NCBI RefSeq assembly: GCF_001194135.2
Contig: NC_068991.1
Location: forward strand, 940,127 to 1,004,126
DNA: 64,000 bases
DNA from: Octopus bimaculoides
Lineage: Eukaryota
Direction: 5' to 3'
Shown here: piece after piece, positions 40,168 through 53,120 of the stretch
Numbering within the stretch: the first letter of the stretch is position 1
Layout of the letters: every line of letters begins with the position of its first letter
Translations under genes and position numbers: made by a program
The notes under the pieces: model-generated
What the model was told of the DNA's origin: nothing
What the model saw: the letters and a program-made list of their open reading frames with translations, nothing else
Databases searched by the model: none

Positions 40168-42362
40168 CTTTCTCTGTTTCTTTCTTTCTCTTGGTATTTA
40201 TTATTCACTTACAGACAAGTATGTACTTACACATTCAAATTTATTTCAGATGAAACCACCAATCAGAGTGAATTTGCTGGAGATTGCTCCAAGACATTGG
40301 AATCTACTGAAGATTGTCCAGAGATGGTGGGAACCATTGGGGATTGTCCAAAGACAGTGGAAACTGTTGGGGATTGTCCAAAAATATTGGAAGATGTTTC
40401 AAAGACAGGAGAAGGTTTTGGAGATTGTCCAGAAATAGTGGAAGCTGTTGGAGATTGTTCCAAGACAATAGAAAAAGCTAAAGATTGTTTGAACTTGGTT
40501 GTATCTGCTGGAGATTGTTCAAACACAGTGGAATCCATGGCAAATTCTCTAGACACAATAGAATCTGTTGGAAATTGTTCAAAGACAATTGAACCTGTTG
40601 GGGATTGTCCAAAGATATTGGAAGATGTTGTAGATTGTCCAGAGACAATGGAATCTGTTGGAGATTGTTCCAAGACATTGGAAGATGCTAAAGATTGTTC
40701 AAACTCAGTTATATCTGCTGAGGATGTTTCAATAACAATGGAATCTATTGGAGAATCTCTGAAGACAGTTGAATCTACTGGAGTTTGTTCAAAGACTGTG
40801 GAAGCTGTTGGAGATTGTACAAAAATATTGGAAGCTGTTGGAAGTTGTCCAGAGATACTGGAATCTACTGGAGTTTGTTCAGAGACAGTGGAATCTGTTG
40901 AAGATTGTCCAAAGACATTGGACGATGTTAAAGTTTTTTCAAATGTAGACATATCTGCTGCAGACATTTCAAAGACAGAGGAATCTACTGGAGAATTTTT
41001 GAAGAAAGTGGAATCTACTGAAGATTGTTCCAACACAGTGGAATTTGTGGATGATTGTCCAAAGACAGTGGAATCTGTTGAAGATGGTTCAAAGACACTG
41101 GAAGTTGTTGAACATATTCCAAATAAAGTGGAAGCTGTTGAAGATATTTCAAAGACAGGAGAAAATCTTGGAGATGTTTCAAAAACTGTGGAAGATGCTG
41201 GAGATATTTCAAAGACAGCAGAAACTGTTGAAGATTCTTCAAAACTAGTAGAATCTGCTGAAGATGTTCCAAAAATAGTAGAAGATGCTGGAGATAGTTC
41301 AAAGACATTGGAATCTGAGACAGTGACTACAAATGGTTTGGATGGAAAACAGAAAGACAGTGCAAAAGACAATGGTAATTATTCCATTTTTAGTTAGTTC
41401 CTCCTAGCAGATTTAACTTCGGATATTGATGTGTGTTTGGCAAAGTTCTTTAATGTTGTAATGTCATTGAATGTTGATGGTATAACTCTTATGCTGTGCT
41501 GTTGGGATGTCATGGATTTTTTTTTAATTGTTGGGTCTGGAGGGAGTGGGATTGCCCGTAGCCTTTCAAGACCAGTGAGATTGATGCCATTAAGGTTTGT
41601 CTTAAACCTTTGTAAGTCAACCTTTGCAGAAGAGAGACACGAGCAAGGGGGGAATTCCAGGGGGATGGCTTATTCGGGAGGAAGGACTGGGATTTGTGAT
41701 TAGTGCAGGGTCTGGTGGGTGGTTGGGAGGTGTGGAGATGAACACAACAAGTGGGATAGGAGGAGGAGTGGCAAGTGGGACAGAAATGCCTGAATGGAGA
41801 GTGTATGGGCCCAGCTTGTGCTGAGGAGAAGTGGTCAGTAATATAATTGTGCTAGAAAAGGAAGAGAATGGGGGAATGAAACTGGACCCTGGTGGACATC
41901 TCAGTTGATAGAATGAGGAACAGAAAGAGTTCCACCATGGAGGGTCTTGCCATCTGACAGAATGGGAGACAGATGCAGCCCTTAAGCAGGACGTTTTTAA
42001 TAGACTTGCATGCTATAGCCAAAATCTTTGTTGATGCTGAGGGCAACATATTACTTTCACCAAATTCCTTCAAGACAAGAGCTTACTGGTGACACAGGAG
42101 AGTTGGTCAGATCTGGCTTGTTTTGGTATAACTGTGCTGTAGCAGCAGCTTCAGATGCTGGGGAATTGGGATGTGTAACAACTGTATAACTGTAGGTTGT
42201 GATGTCAATGACCATTGATGATATAACTGTGCTGTGGTGTTCATTGGTGTAGTTTCTGATGGAGAATGTAAGAAAGAAAAGAAAGAAGAACCATCACATG
42301 AGAAATCTGCTTTTGAAAAGGTGGATGATCGCTGGCCAAGGTAAGACCAAGTTCATATTTAC

Positions 42363-42399
<37 letters not shown>

Positions 42400-45300
42400 T
42401 TAATTGTAATGTTGTTTGCCACCCTACATCTTTCATCTTCCCCTCCCCTACTGATAATTACCACCAGCCACACCTCCACCCTTGTTCAGCCTCCCCTGCA
42501 TTATCATCCCCCTCTCCTCCCACCTCTATCCTCTTTCTGGTCCTATAAACTCATCCACCCGCCCTTCCACCTCCTCTGTAGTCTCTCTCAGACTCACCTT
42601 TTTGGGTATAAGAGAATAGGCACCCTCATATATAATTTAGTTGTGGTGATGGTGGTGCAGTTGCCATGCATCTCTTCTCTAGCAACATGCCTCTGCTTGT
42701 CCCTCTGTCATACTTTAACCTTTCAACTCTCACCACAAAGCCACCTCCCTCCCTCCCCACCTCTCTCAGCTTTAGGGTCTTGTCTTGCAAGTTACTGAGC
42801 GACCTCATTAATGGTGGGGACATAGGGTGGGAGTGGGGGAGAAATCACTCAGAACTCTCTGCAAAATGGTTGGCATTTGGAAGGGAATCCAGCCATAGAA
42901 ACCAAAGCAGACCCGGAAGCATGATGGTTCTGTGTGGCTCATTATTGGATCCTGTCAAACCGTCCAACCCATGCCAACATGGAAGGCAGACTTTATGTGA
43001 TGATGATAATGATGATGGTGGTAGTGTTGATGATGATGTTGATGATGGTGATGGTAGTGGTGGTGGTGGTGGTGGTGGTGGTGGTGGTAGTGATGATGAT
43101 GATGATATTACTGCCCACTGTACCCTGTTATATTAGTTTGCACCATTCTGTCACCCCACAGACTGACCAAGAAATTCCTCCGCCAACACTGCAAGGAGCA
43201 CAAACTGTACCAAACACCTGAGCTTAACGATGTTCTTTACTTACACTTTAAAGGTGAGTCCGTTCTGTTGATGTTGGTCGAGAGGAAGAGAACTCTTTTT
43301 GGTGCGAAGGAGAGAGTTTCCCTACATTTGAGATGAATGTCTTCTGATGTTGATTCACTTTGGATACCTTGGGTGCTTTTAGCAGGATTGTGGGCCTTGT
43401 AATCCACCTGGCCCTTTGGTGCTTCCAGTAGGGTGGTTGGTCCAATTTGGCTCTAACTGTTGGCCTGTAGGTGTCTCTAGCGGGCAGCTGGATCCATCAC
43501 ACCTGAACAGGGTGGAAGATGCAGCACACTTGAGGGTCTGGCTGTGAAACTGATGTGACAGTCACATGACAGATTGTCCCACCAGCCAGGACAGCTTGAC
43601 ATGATGACTTGACCTACTAGAAATAACAGCTAAACCTCCCCCCTGCCATCTTAAAAAAAGGAAGGGCATATTGGATAAGTTTCAGATCCACTGAATAAAA
43701 GACTAGACTAGTCAGGACTGAAACACCTTTGTGTGTAAGGGCTGCTGACCCATGGCTAAACAACAACAACAACAATTACATGTTGTTGTACAGAATTAAT
43801 TGTAGAAGAAACATTGTTTACATTTCTAATTGTTCCAAAGGAATTAATGATGTGAATTTTCTAATTAATTGGTAACATGGCTGCTTAGCAACTGTGAGAT
43901 ACAGGGTTTGGCTGTCATTTATTTGGTTTGTTGGTGTTTTGTATTCATCTAATTCCTGTGTCTGTCTGGGGTTTCTTCTCTTGTGCAGGTATTTATAAAA
44001 TCGAGAATCTTGAAGAATATGTTGGCCTGAAGTGTCTTTGGTTAGAAAATAATGGACTCAATAAGATCGAGAACCTTGAGCATCAGGTCGAAATGAAGTG
44101 CCTCTATCTACAGCAGAATCTCATCTACAAGATTGAAAACTTGGAATCGATGCAGAAATTATCCAATTTAAATCTTTGCCACAACATGATTGAAACTGTT
44201 GAGAATTTGTGTGAGTTGCAGGTTCTGTGTTTCTCTCTTGGGAAATGGTACGAAGGGCAGATTGCTTATTATGACTTTGGGAAAATATTAGGAGTCAGCT
44301 AGTTTTATCTTGGGGGGAAAGGAAACTGTTTGAAACCCTGCCAACATGTTACCAATGTATCAGTAATCACACTTTGTTGGGGTCAGATTATAAGGGAGTG
44401 AATCTGCATAGGAAATAATGAAGTAGAGCTTTGAAAGGGGTCAGGTTATGTACTGTATCACCTACTGATGAATTAGGGTCTGGAAATGTGAGTGTCTGAC
44501 ATGAGTGGAGTTTGAGTAGAGGTTAATGGCTTTCTTTGGAAATTTGAGCGAGTTATTTGAGTGGAGTCTGTTGTAATATGGAAATTGAAGAGTGTGACTT
44601 GAGTAGAGTCTTTTTAGTGTGGACTTTAGTGTCTGTGGAAGCTGTTGAAGATATTCCAAGGGCAGTGGAAGATGTTGGGGATTGTTCAAAGACAGCAGAA
44701 GCTGTTGAAGATTCTTCAAAAATAATAGAATCTGCTGAAAATGTCTCAAAATTAGTGGATTGGTTCTTTCTGTAAATAGCATTCAGATATAAGGTATAAA
44801 AACATTATCAGGTTATCCTTGAAAATATTCCTGTTGAATTATCTACGAGAAGTGCAGGGCCAAAAGTCACAGAGATTAGAAATGGAGTTGGTGCATTTCA
44901 TATGGGTGCAGCAGTTGAAGCCATCAGATTATACCCAGATTATACCCACAGATTATCCCCACAGATTACAATATGCAATCAGGCTTTGTGTGAGTTGGCT
45001 CACCCTGTATAATATGATTATAAATATATTCAGATCGAATCAAATATATTTTGAAATTATAATTATAATTCTCAACTGTTTTTTATATTTTTCTCTCTTG
45101 TTGCAGCCTGCTTACCTCAACTGAGTACCCTCCAAATAACCCACAACAAACTATCCACTATGGAATCTGTAATCCACCTCAAAGACTGCCTGTCTATTTC
45201 AGTGCTGGATCTTTCCCATAACAGACTTGAACAACCAGAAATTGTCGAAGAAGTCTTTGCCAAAATGCCTTCCTTGGTTCGTAGTTTCTCCTCTTCCTAT

Positions 45301-45453
45301 CACCATAGTTGTGGCTGAGGTTTAGCTTCAAAACTCTGTAATGTGTCATCCCTGAATTCACTGCTTCTGTCTCACTTATGAACAACTAATCAGAGAAAAG
45401 GCCATTGACTATGGGCTGTGCTTTCTATCTATCTGCCTGACACACTCTCTCCC

Positions 45454-45531
<78 letters not shown>

Positions 45532-45661
45532 TATATATATTATCCAAAATGTACCCACTCTTTTGACAGATATATGAGTGCATCTTTTTCTTGACTTATG
45601 GTCTATTAGACAACTCACACACGTATATATATATATGTGTGTGTGTGTGTATACATGTACA

Positions 45662-45697
<36 letters not shown>

Positions 45698-46674
45698 AAA
45701 TAAAGATGGCAGCTATACACAAAATCAAACCAAATATGAATTTATAAAACAAGAGGATGGAATGAATAGGCTTTAATCACAAATCACAACAACTGTTTCT
45801 GTGCAATGATATCTTATTGCATAAAATGTTATAGAAATAATTACATAGATAGGTATGACCCAGCTGCAGCAGCTATATAATAGATATGTACTTGTGTTTC
45901 AGAGAGATGTTAGGCAAGATATTCCACTCGTTTCCCTTTGTCCCTTGTATAACATGTGTAACTGTTATTTCTTGTTTTTCAGGGAGTTTTGTATTTGATT
46001 GGTAATCCTGTTATCAGAAACATCAAGAATTACAGGAAACATGTTACCGTGGCAATTGTAAGCGAGAAACATTAATTCTACCTGTTTGACTTGAAAGTGT
46101 GTGTGTGTGTGTCTTTTATATGAGTGCAGATAATATGTGCATGTTTGTGTCTGAATGTGTTTATGTGTGTGTATATGTGTGTCTATGTGTGTGAGAATGT
46201 GTATGTGTGCATTTGTGTGTATGTGTATGTACAACCATTCAGCATGTAAACCAGCCCCATTTGGACCCAAATATTCTCCCTGTTTTATCTTCAGACTGGG
46301 CCTGATCCAGCCCCTCACACTTAGAATGTTTGTGTGTGGTGGTGTTGCTGATGATGATGATGGTGGTGGTGGTGCGGTGGTGTTGCAATCTTTCTGTCAC
46401 TCACTTTCTTCTCGTTATTGTCATACTTTGATTAATTCCCCACATAAATACTTAATTATTTTGCTTCATACCAGTAATTACATTCATAAATTGATTTTTA
46501 ATTGATATTCAATAGTTCTTGACTAGATATCCATAATAATGTTTATAAACTGAATTTTGGCAGAAAAGCCTGAAGTATTTGGATGATCGACCAGTTTTCC
46601 CCCGAGATCGTGCCTGTTCTGAAGCATGGTAGGTATTTAAGACATCGTCACAACTTTTTATACACACTTGGAGA

Positions 46675-46760
<86 letters not shown>

Positions 46761-48363
46761 CATATATACATATGTGTATGTTTATGCACTACAAAGACAC
46801 AACTGTGTATATACATCTATATGTACAGGGCGTCCACAAGGTCTGGGTACATGGAGTAAATAAAATCATAACATAAACAATTAAATATAATAAATAATAA
46901 TTTCTTAAAGTATGCGTTAATCCCCATCAACCCAGACTTTGTGGACACCCTATACATCTATACACAGCATATATATAGCATTATAAATAGTATTCCTTCT
47001 GTGCCCATGTTTAGACAAGAGTCTAAGATGACTTGAAAAGGTCACAAATTATTGTCCTTTTACTCTTGACCATGTTATGAACGGTATATCTGACCAGTTA
47101 ACACTCACTGACCAGGTCCAGTGACAGATTTGCTGTGTCAGTGTATCTTTGTGACAGAGGCTGTCATAAGAAATAGAGAACAGTTACCAAGGAATTCACT
47201 GATACAGCGAGACCCATCGATGGATTCTTATCCTATCACTGCACTGAGCTTAGATCAAAGATACTTAATTTTCAATGGCTCAATTCAGCTAGCTGCAAAT
47301 AGGTACCATGGGGTTGTACAGCTCATTGAGTATTAAAGATGGTGCCACCCACATCAGACTGAGGAATGCAATGCTGTGTTCAAAGCATTTCCGTGGCACT
47401 GTGCCATGATTGAAAATAGGGATTCTCTCAATTGTATTATGATTGGCACCACATTAACACTTATTCAACACTGCAAAGTTTACTGATGTCACAACAACAA
47501 CAACAACACACACAATCAGAACGTATTTGTGGTGGTGGTATGGCTGTTGTAGCATGGCCTGTACCATGATGAAGTAAATATGAAGAATGTTGTTGTTATT
47601 GCTGTTGTTTCTATAACAGGGCCAGAGGTGGAATAGAAGCTGAGAAGATAGAACGACAGATTTGGATTGATAAAGAAAACAAACGAATTCAAGACAGTGT
47701 GGATGGTGGGTTGATTATTACTATTACTATTATTATTACTATTATTTTTATTATTATTATCTTATTTAAAAACTCCTAAATTTTATTTCACAATATATTT
47801 CTGTTCTTGAATTTTTTGAGCATTATCTGTAGCGAGTGTGTGTGTGAATTGTGTGTAGCAGAGGTGACACCATGTGTAACCATAACAAGTAAACGATGTT
47901 GTGTTTACGATGTCTGTTTGTAGCTCTGTTGAAGATTCGGCAAAAGAGTGAGGCCAAAAAGATTCAGAAGAAATTGGATGAGAAATGGCTGGAACGAGGA
48001 GATGCAGAAAGAAACCAAAGAGAAGTTGTTATCGAGGAAAGTATTGACTGGTTGTATGGGACATACAAGACTAAATGGATTGATGTGGAGAAAGGAGGGA
48101 ACGGAGATGAAGAGAAAATAGAGGGGGAAGAAGGACTTGCAAGAAATACAACGAAGCTGAAGGAAGAAGAGGGAATATGTGTAGAAGAGAAAACAGACAG
48201 CGTTGCAGAAGAACAGACGGATGAAAGTGTTACGGAGGAGAAAAATATGGAAGAAGAACAAGATGAAAATGTGGAAGAGAAGAGTGCGAAGGTAAATATA
48301 AAGAAGTTTCCGTTTTCATCATAATTTGTAGGAAAAGTCAACAGAAATGCTTGTCTGTCTGTG

Positions 48364-48398
<35 letters not shown>

Positions 48399-51300
48399 TA
48401 TGTCTGTGTGACTCATAAGGTTTGTTGTTGTTTATTTGATTTGGTTTACATAATAATATTTAACATGATGACACAGAAATTGAGGACAATACGTCCTGAC
48501 ACCAGGCAACTTGTCAATGTTCCAATGCACTGCGTGCGCACGCGTGTGTGCATGCACCTACTTGGATATAGAGTCCCTTACTCTCTGCAAGTATGTATAA
48601 GATCATCTGATCACATGATCGACCAGACTATCAGATGTTGTTATACATCACTGGTCAGAATGCATTTGGCATTGTTTTAGTGTTTGAATGATGCCACTCT
48701 GCTAATTAGACTAATTAGGCAAGCAGGCCAACATTCCCCCTAATCGGAAGGCTATTCTGTCGCTGGGTTACCCATTTACAGCTGAGTGGACTGAGCAACA
48801 TGAAATGAAGTGTTTTGCTCAAGAACACAACACATCACTTGGTCCAAGAATCACTGGATTGTGAGTGCACTGACCACTGACCACTGAGTCACATGCATTC
48901 ACCATCCATCTGTCTGTCTATATTTGAACAAAATAACGGCCTTTATGAATACACTTAGGCAAAAAGATTACTCTAAACACACACACACACAAACAGCATC
49001 ATCATCATCATCTTTTAACATCCATTCTCCATGTTGGCATGGGTTGCACAGCTTGACAGAGTCTGGCAAGGCTGGAGAGCTGCCCAGGTTCCAATTGCCT
49101 TGTTTTGCCATGGTTTCTGCAGCTGGAGGCCCTTTCTAACATGCCAACCACTTTACAGCCTGGGGGGGCTTTTTAAGTGTCACTCGCATGCTCACTGTAT
49201 ATGTGGCAGTGACACGGGTACTTCCTGTATAGCCATACTTCGGTCCCCTCCTTCAGTGCGATACCTTACTCAGTTGAGAGGGGGTTTTGTCTTGAGAGTG
49301 TTGGCCACTTCACCAGTGCTGGTGCTATTGAAAATGTACCCAGTACATTCTATGAAGTGGCTGGCAGTGGAGCTTGGCACAACATTCTGGCTTGTCGGTT
49401 CCTTCCAAACGGTCCAACTCATGCCAGCATCGGAAAAAGGACGTTGAATAATGATAACGATGATGTGTGTGTGTAAATAGTGATTTGGAGCCGGTCCATA
49501 TGAAATATTGTGTTACAAAGTGAAGATTATATTTCCAAGTGTCATCTGGTGGAGAAATGTCTTGCCAATAATTGATCTGTTTGTTTCCATTTATAGACGA
49601 CATCATTCAAGGAGGAGGAGGAGGAGGTGAAGGAAGAAGAAGCAACGGAAGTAATTGATCTGAGAGGATCTTTGATGAAGACGGCATCAGCAACGGCAAC
49701 AGCAGACACATCAACTATTTTCAGTTCCACGGGTGAGACACACTTGTCTTCCTTTTGGTGATGATGTCTCACATCTGCGTGTGTGATTCTGCTAACACAC
49801 ACACACACATACTTACATACATACATACAAACATGCTTACATAAACATGCATAGACACATAAACAAATGTACACACACATACATTTGTCCATCTGATTCC
49901 AGCATGGAACAGGGACATTAGATGACGACGATGGTGATGATGGTGATAACAAACACACATACACTAACAAATCCACACATACGCACACACACACACGCAC
50001 ACACACATGCATGCATGCACGTACACACACACAGACACACTTGTTTAGCCTGACATGTGACCATATTTCTCACAAAATACACATTTTAGGCTTTAATTGA
50101 ATTTGAAAATCATCATACATTTTGTGGGATTTATAAAATAATTAATTTCCGTAAAATGATATGTCTATAAGTGGTATTTGGAACATAAATGCAGCATAAT
50201 TTCTTGCATTTAATTTTTGGAAGTTTTTTTCTTGAATACATTAAAAGAAGACAAGTGATTTTAAGTAGAGGGGTAGATGCAGGTACAGGATGGGTTAATC
50301 TGGCAGATACAGCCCCAAGACTTGTACCATGTCAGCATCATTCATTAACCATTCCTCTATGTTGTTTAGAATTCAGCAGACCAATAACATGTTTCCTTGT
50401 TTTGATTTTGATAGTTTGTGATCAAGTGACACCCTCCACGGAGAAAAGCCATTCTATTTTGAGAATTACCGAAATTAATGGTAAGTAGTTGAATTCACAA
50501 ACTGAAGATGATTGGTCTCTCATTTCAGGGGAGATTGATCTGTGATCCACATCTGAAAGTAAGGAATTTGAATGAATGAAATTCTTAATTGTTAACGTTT
50601 GTTTCTAGAAGACATCTACCGAGTTATCGTCTGTTAGTGAAGATTCTCATTGGTGACCTTTAAAGGTCACCTCAAGTAATCCAGACTTTTAAAGAGTCTT
50701 TCTAACACAACTCATCTCGTTCCTAGTTGTAGTTTACCAATTCCAAGACAGATTGTGTTCTGGTGGCACATTAATATATCACTGATTCTCCATCCTGACT
50801 GAATGGTCAAATGGACAAGTAATATCTTAATTAGCACAAATTAATTGTAATTACAATTAAGTTCTGTTTTACTATCACAATGACCAAACACTTGCGTATT
50901 GCATTAGCATTGTCACACGATAGTATGTATTGGTATTTATCAAATCTGTATTCTTAATCAACACTATGTATTGTTACAGATCAATATGTATTGTTACAGA
51001 TCAATATGTATTGTTACAGATCAATATGTATCTTTATATATCATTGCGTATATCGTTACATCTCGAATTTGTATTTGTATTTCTACTCAGGTGAAGACAG
51101 CTCATCAGACAGTGAATGTAATGAAGGTGCAGAGGTGAGTGGAACTTGGTGGTGGTGGTGGTAGGGACACATGTTTATGACAAGGGGTCACCACAACTCC
51201 TAATAATAGCATACAGGGAATAAAACAGAAAATCATTGGTTGACAGTCACAACCATTTACAGAGTTTTCCACAAACCACGAGAAGAATAAACATAGAAAC

Positions 51301-51724
51301 TGTACTTGTAATGAAATAGAAACCAGAAATCAACAAAAGGGAAATACTATATGTAGAATAAGTGATGGAATCTGCTAGGACTTAACTGTTGTTAAGCCTG
51401 ACCAAAGCAATTTAAATGGCTTCGATTGACAGAAACTATATGGAAGACCATCTGACGTGTGTGTGTGTATGTGTGTGTGTAAAGGCTGGTATTCCACAAT
51501 TTCGCTCATCATTCTCTCAGCCAAAATGGAAGCATGATGTTTGGACATTCTTTGTCAACATAATGACTGGTTGTTGCTCTCTGCTTTCCCAGGCTTGTTG
51601 AATAAAACAATTCCCAGCTTGAAAAACAGCTAAAGGTTGGCCCCAGGAAGGGGTTAAATTGGGTTAAAGAGTCCTCTTCTCTTTGCAACAATCTGATTTA
51701 AATAATACACACACACGCGTGCAC

Positions 51725-51758
<34 letters not shown>

Positions 51759-53087
51759 CTTGTTTCTTTCTGTGTTCCTTTCTGTAGAAGAGCATAGGCT
51801 CGAAACATTAAAGACTTTTTCACTTCCCGAGTGTTATACTAATACATCTGTTTGTTTTCTACACCACCTGCCTTCATCTGTTGTTTTTTTTTTTTGTGAA
51901 TTCTCCCTATAATATATATAATATATAATATAATATATATATATATTATATAATATATCGAATTAATATATAAATATATATATATCATATGTATATCATG
52001 ATGTAGTTCCGACCTTGTTATTTTTGTGATTTTCCTTGTAGGACATCCCTGTTCTTGAAGACATTGACACTGATATGGCTTCTCTGGAGAAAAATGGGAG
52101 TTTATCAAATAAGGTGGAGGTAAGGTTTCTAATTAGAAACATAGAATCATCATCACCATCACCACCATCATTTTACATCTGCTTTTCCATGCTGACTTGG
52201 GTTGGACAGGATTTTTTGAGGCAATTCTTTCATTCATCTCTTACAATACAGAAGGAGGATGCAGTTGCACCTATTCTAAAAAAATGCCCAACATATAGAC
52301 TTCATTAACACACACTCAGACATTGTTTGTTCATTTTAAAGTCCATTTTTGCCATTGCTTGCATGGGTTAGAGGAATATATTATTGAGGCATTACTTTAC
52401 AGCTGGATGCTCTTCCTGTGGCTTAGCTTTGCCTGTTTCTCAAGTGAGGATCTCTTATTCTTCGTAGCTTTGAAGGTACATTGAAGAGCATTGGCCGTAG
52501 AAACTCTTGTGCCTTTACAGATTCTGTAATTCTGCCTGATCCTAGCATGCACGCATGCATGCACACACGCACGCACACACGCATGCACGCACACACGCAT
52601 GCACTTATCAGGTCATTAAGAATGAAAAGTTTGATTTGAAACTGAAAGTTTATTTTTCTTTATCTCATCAAAAAGCAATGCAGTTAATCAAAGTAGGCAC
52701 CTAAATTATCAACACAATTTAGCCATTTTATTGGGAACTTATTTATGGCGCCAGCAAAGAATTCTGGAGAGCCAGAGGTGAAGAAATCACGAAATGCTGT
52801 TTCCGCATCTTCTTCAGATTTAAAGTTGTCTAATGCCTGGCAAACCTGGTAGTCAGTTGGTGCAAGGTCTGGTGCAAGGTCTGGTGCAAGGTCTGGTGAG
52901 TGGCAGAGTGCTTCCGAGTTCAGTTCCTGTAACATGAGTAATGTTCTTTGTGCATTAATACATCTGTTTGTTGTTTACACATCCATCTTCATCTTTTGTT
53001 TTTTTTTTGTAAATTCTCACTATNNNNNNNNNNNNNNNNNNNNNNNNNNNNNNNNNNNNNNNNNNNNNNNNNNNNNNNNNNNNNNNN

Positions 53088-53120
<33 letters not shown>

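Noticed and set aside
40263-41372. 369-aa antisense ORF
   Set aside because: Mirror of the 30-nt coding repeat, which lacks antisense stops in that frame; no independent splice or start evidence.
41420-42240. Non-repetitive GC-richer intron block that looks coding on the minus strand
   Set aside because: All frames are interrupted and only vague LINE-like motifs are visible; probably an old retroelement, but not supportable as a named feature. The same applies to 43260-43570, 44220-44560 and 58520-59220.
50609-50652. Extra constitutive DNAAF1 exon
   Set aside because: In the required phase it contains TAG, and the gene model is phase-consistent without it.
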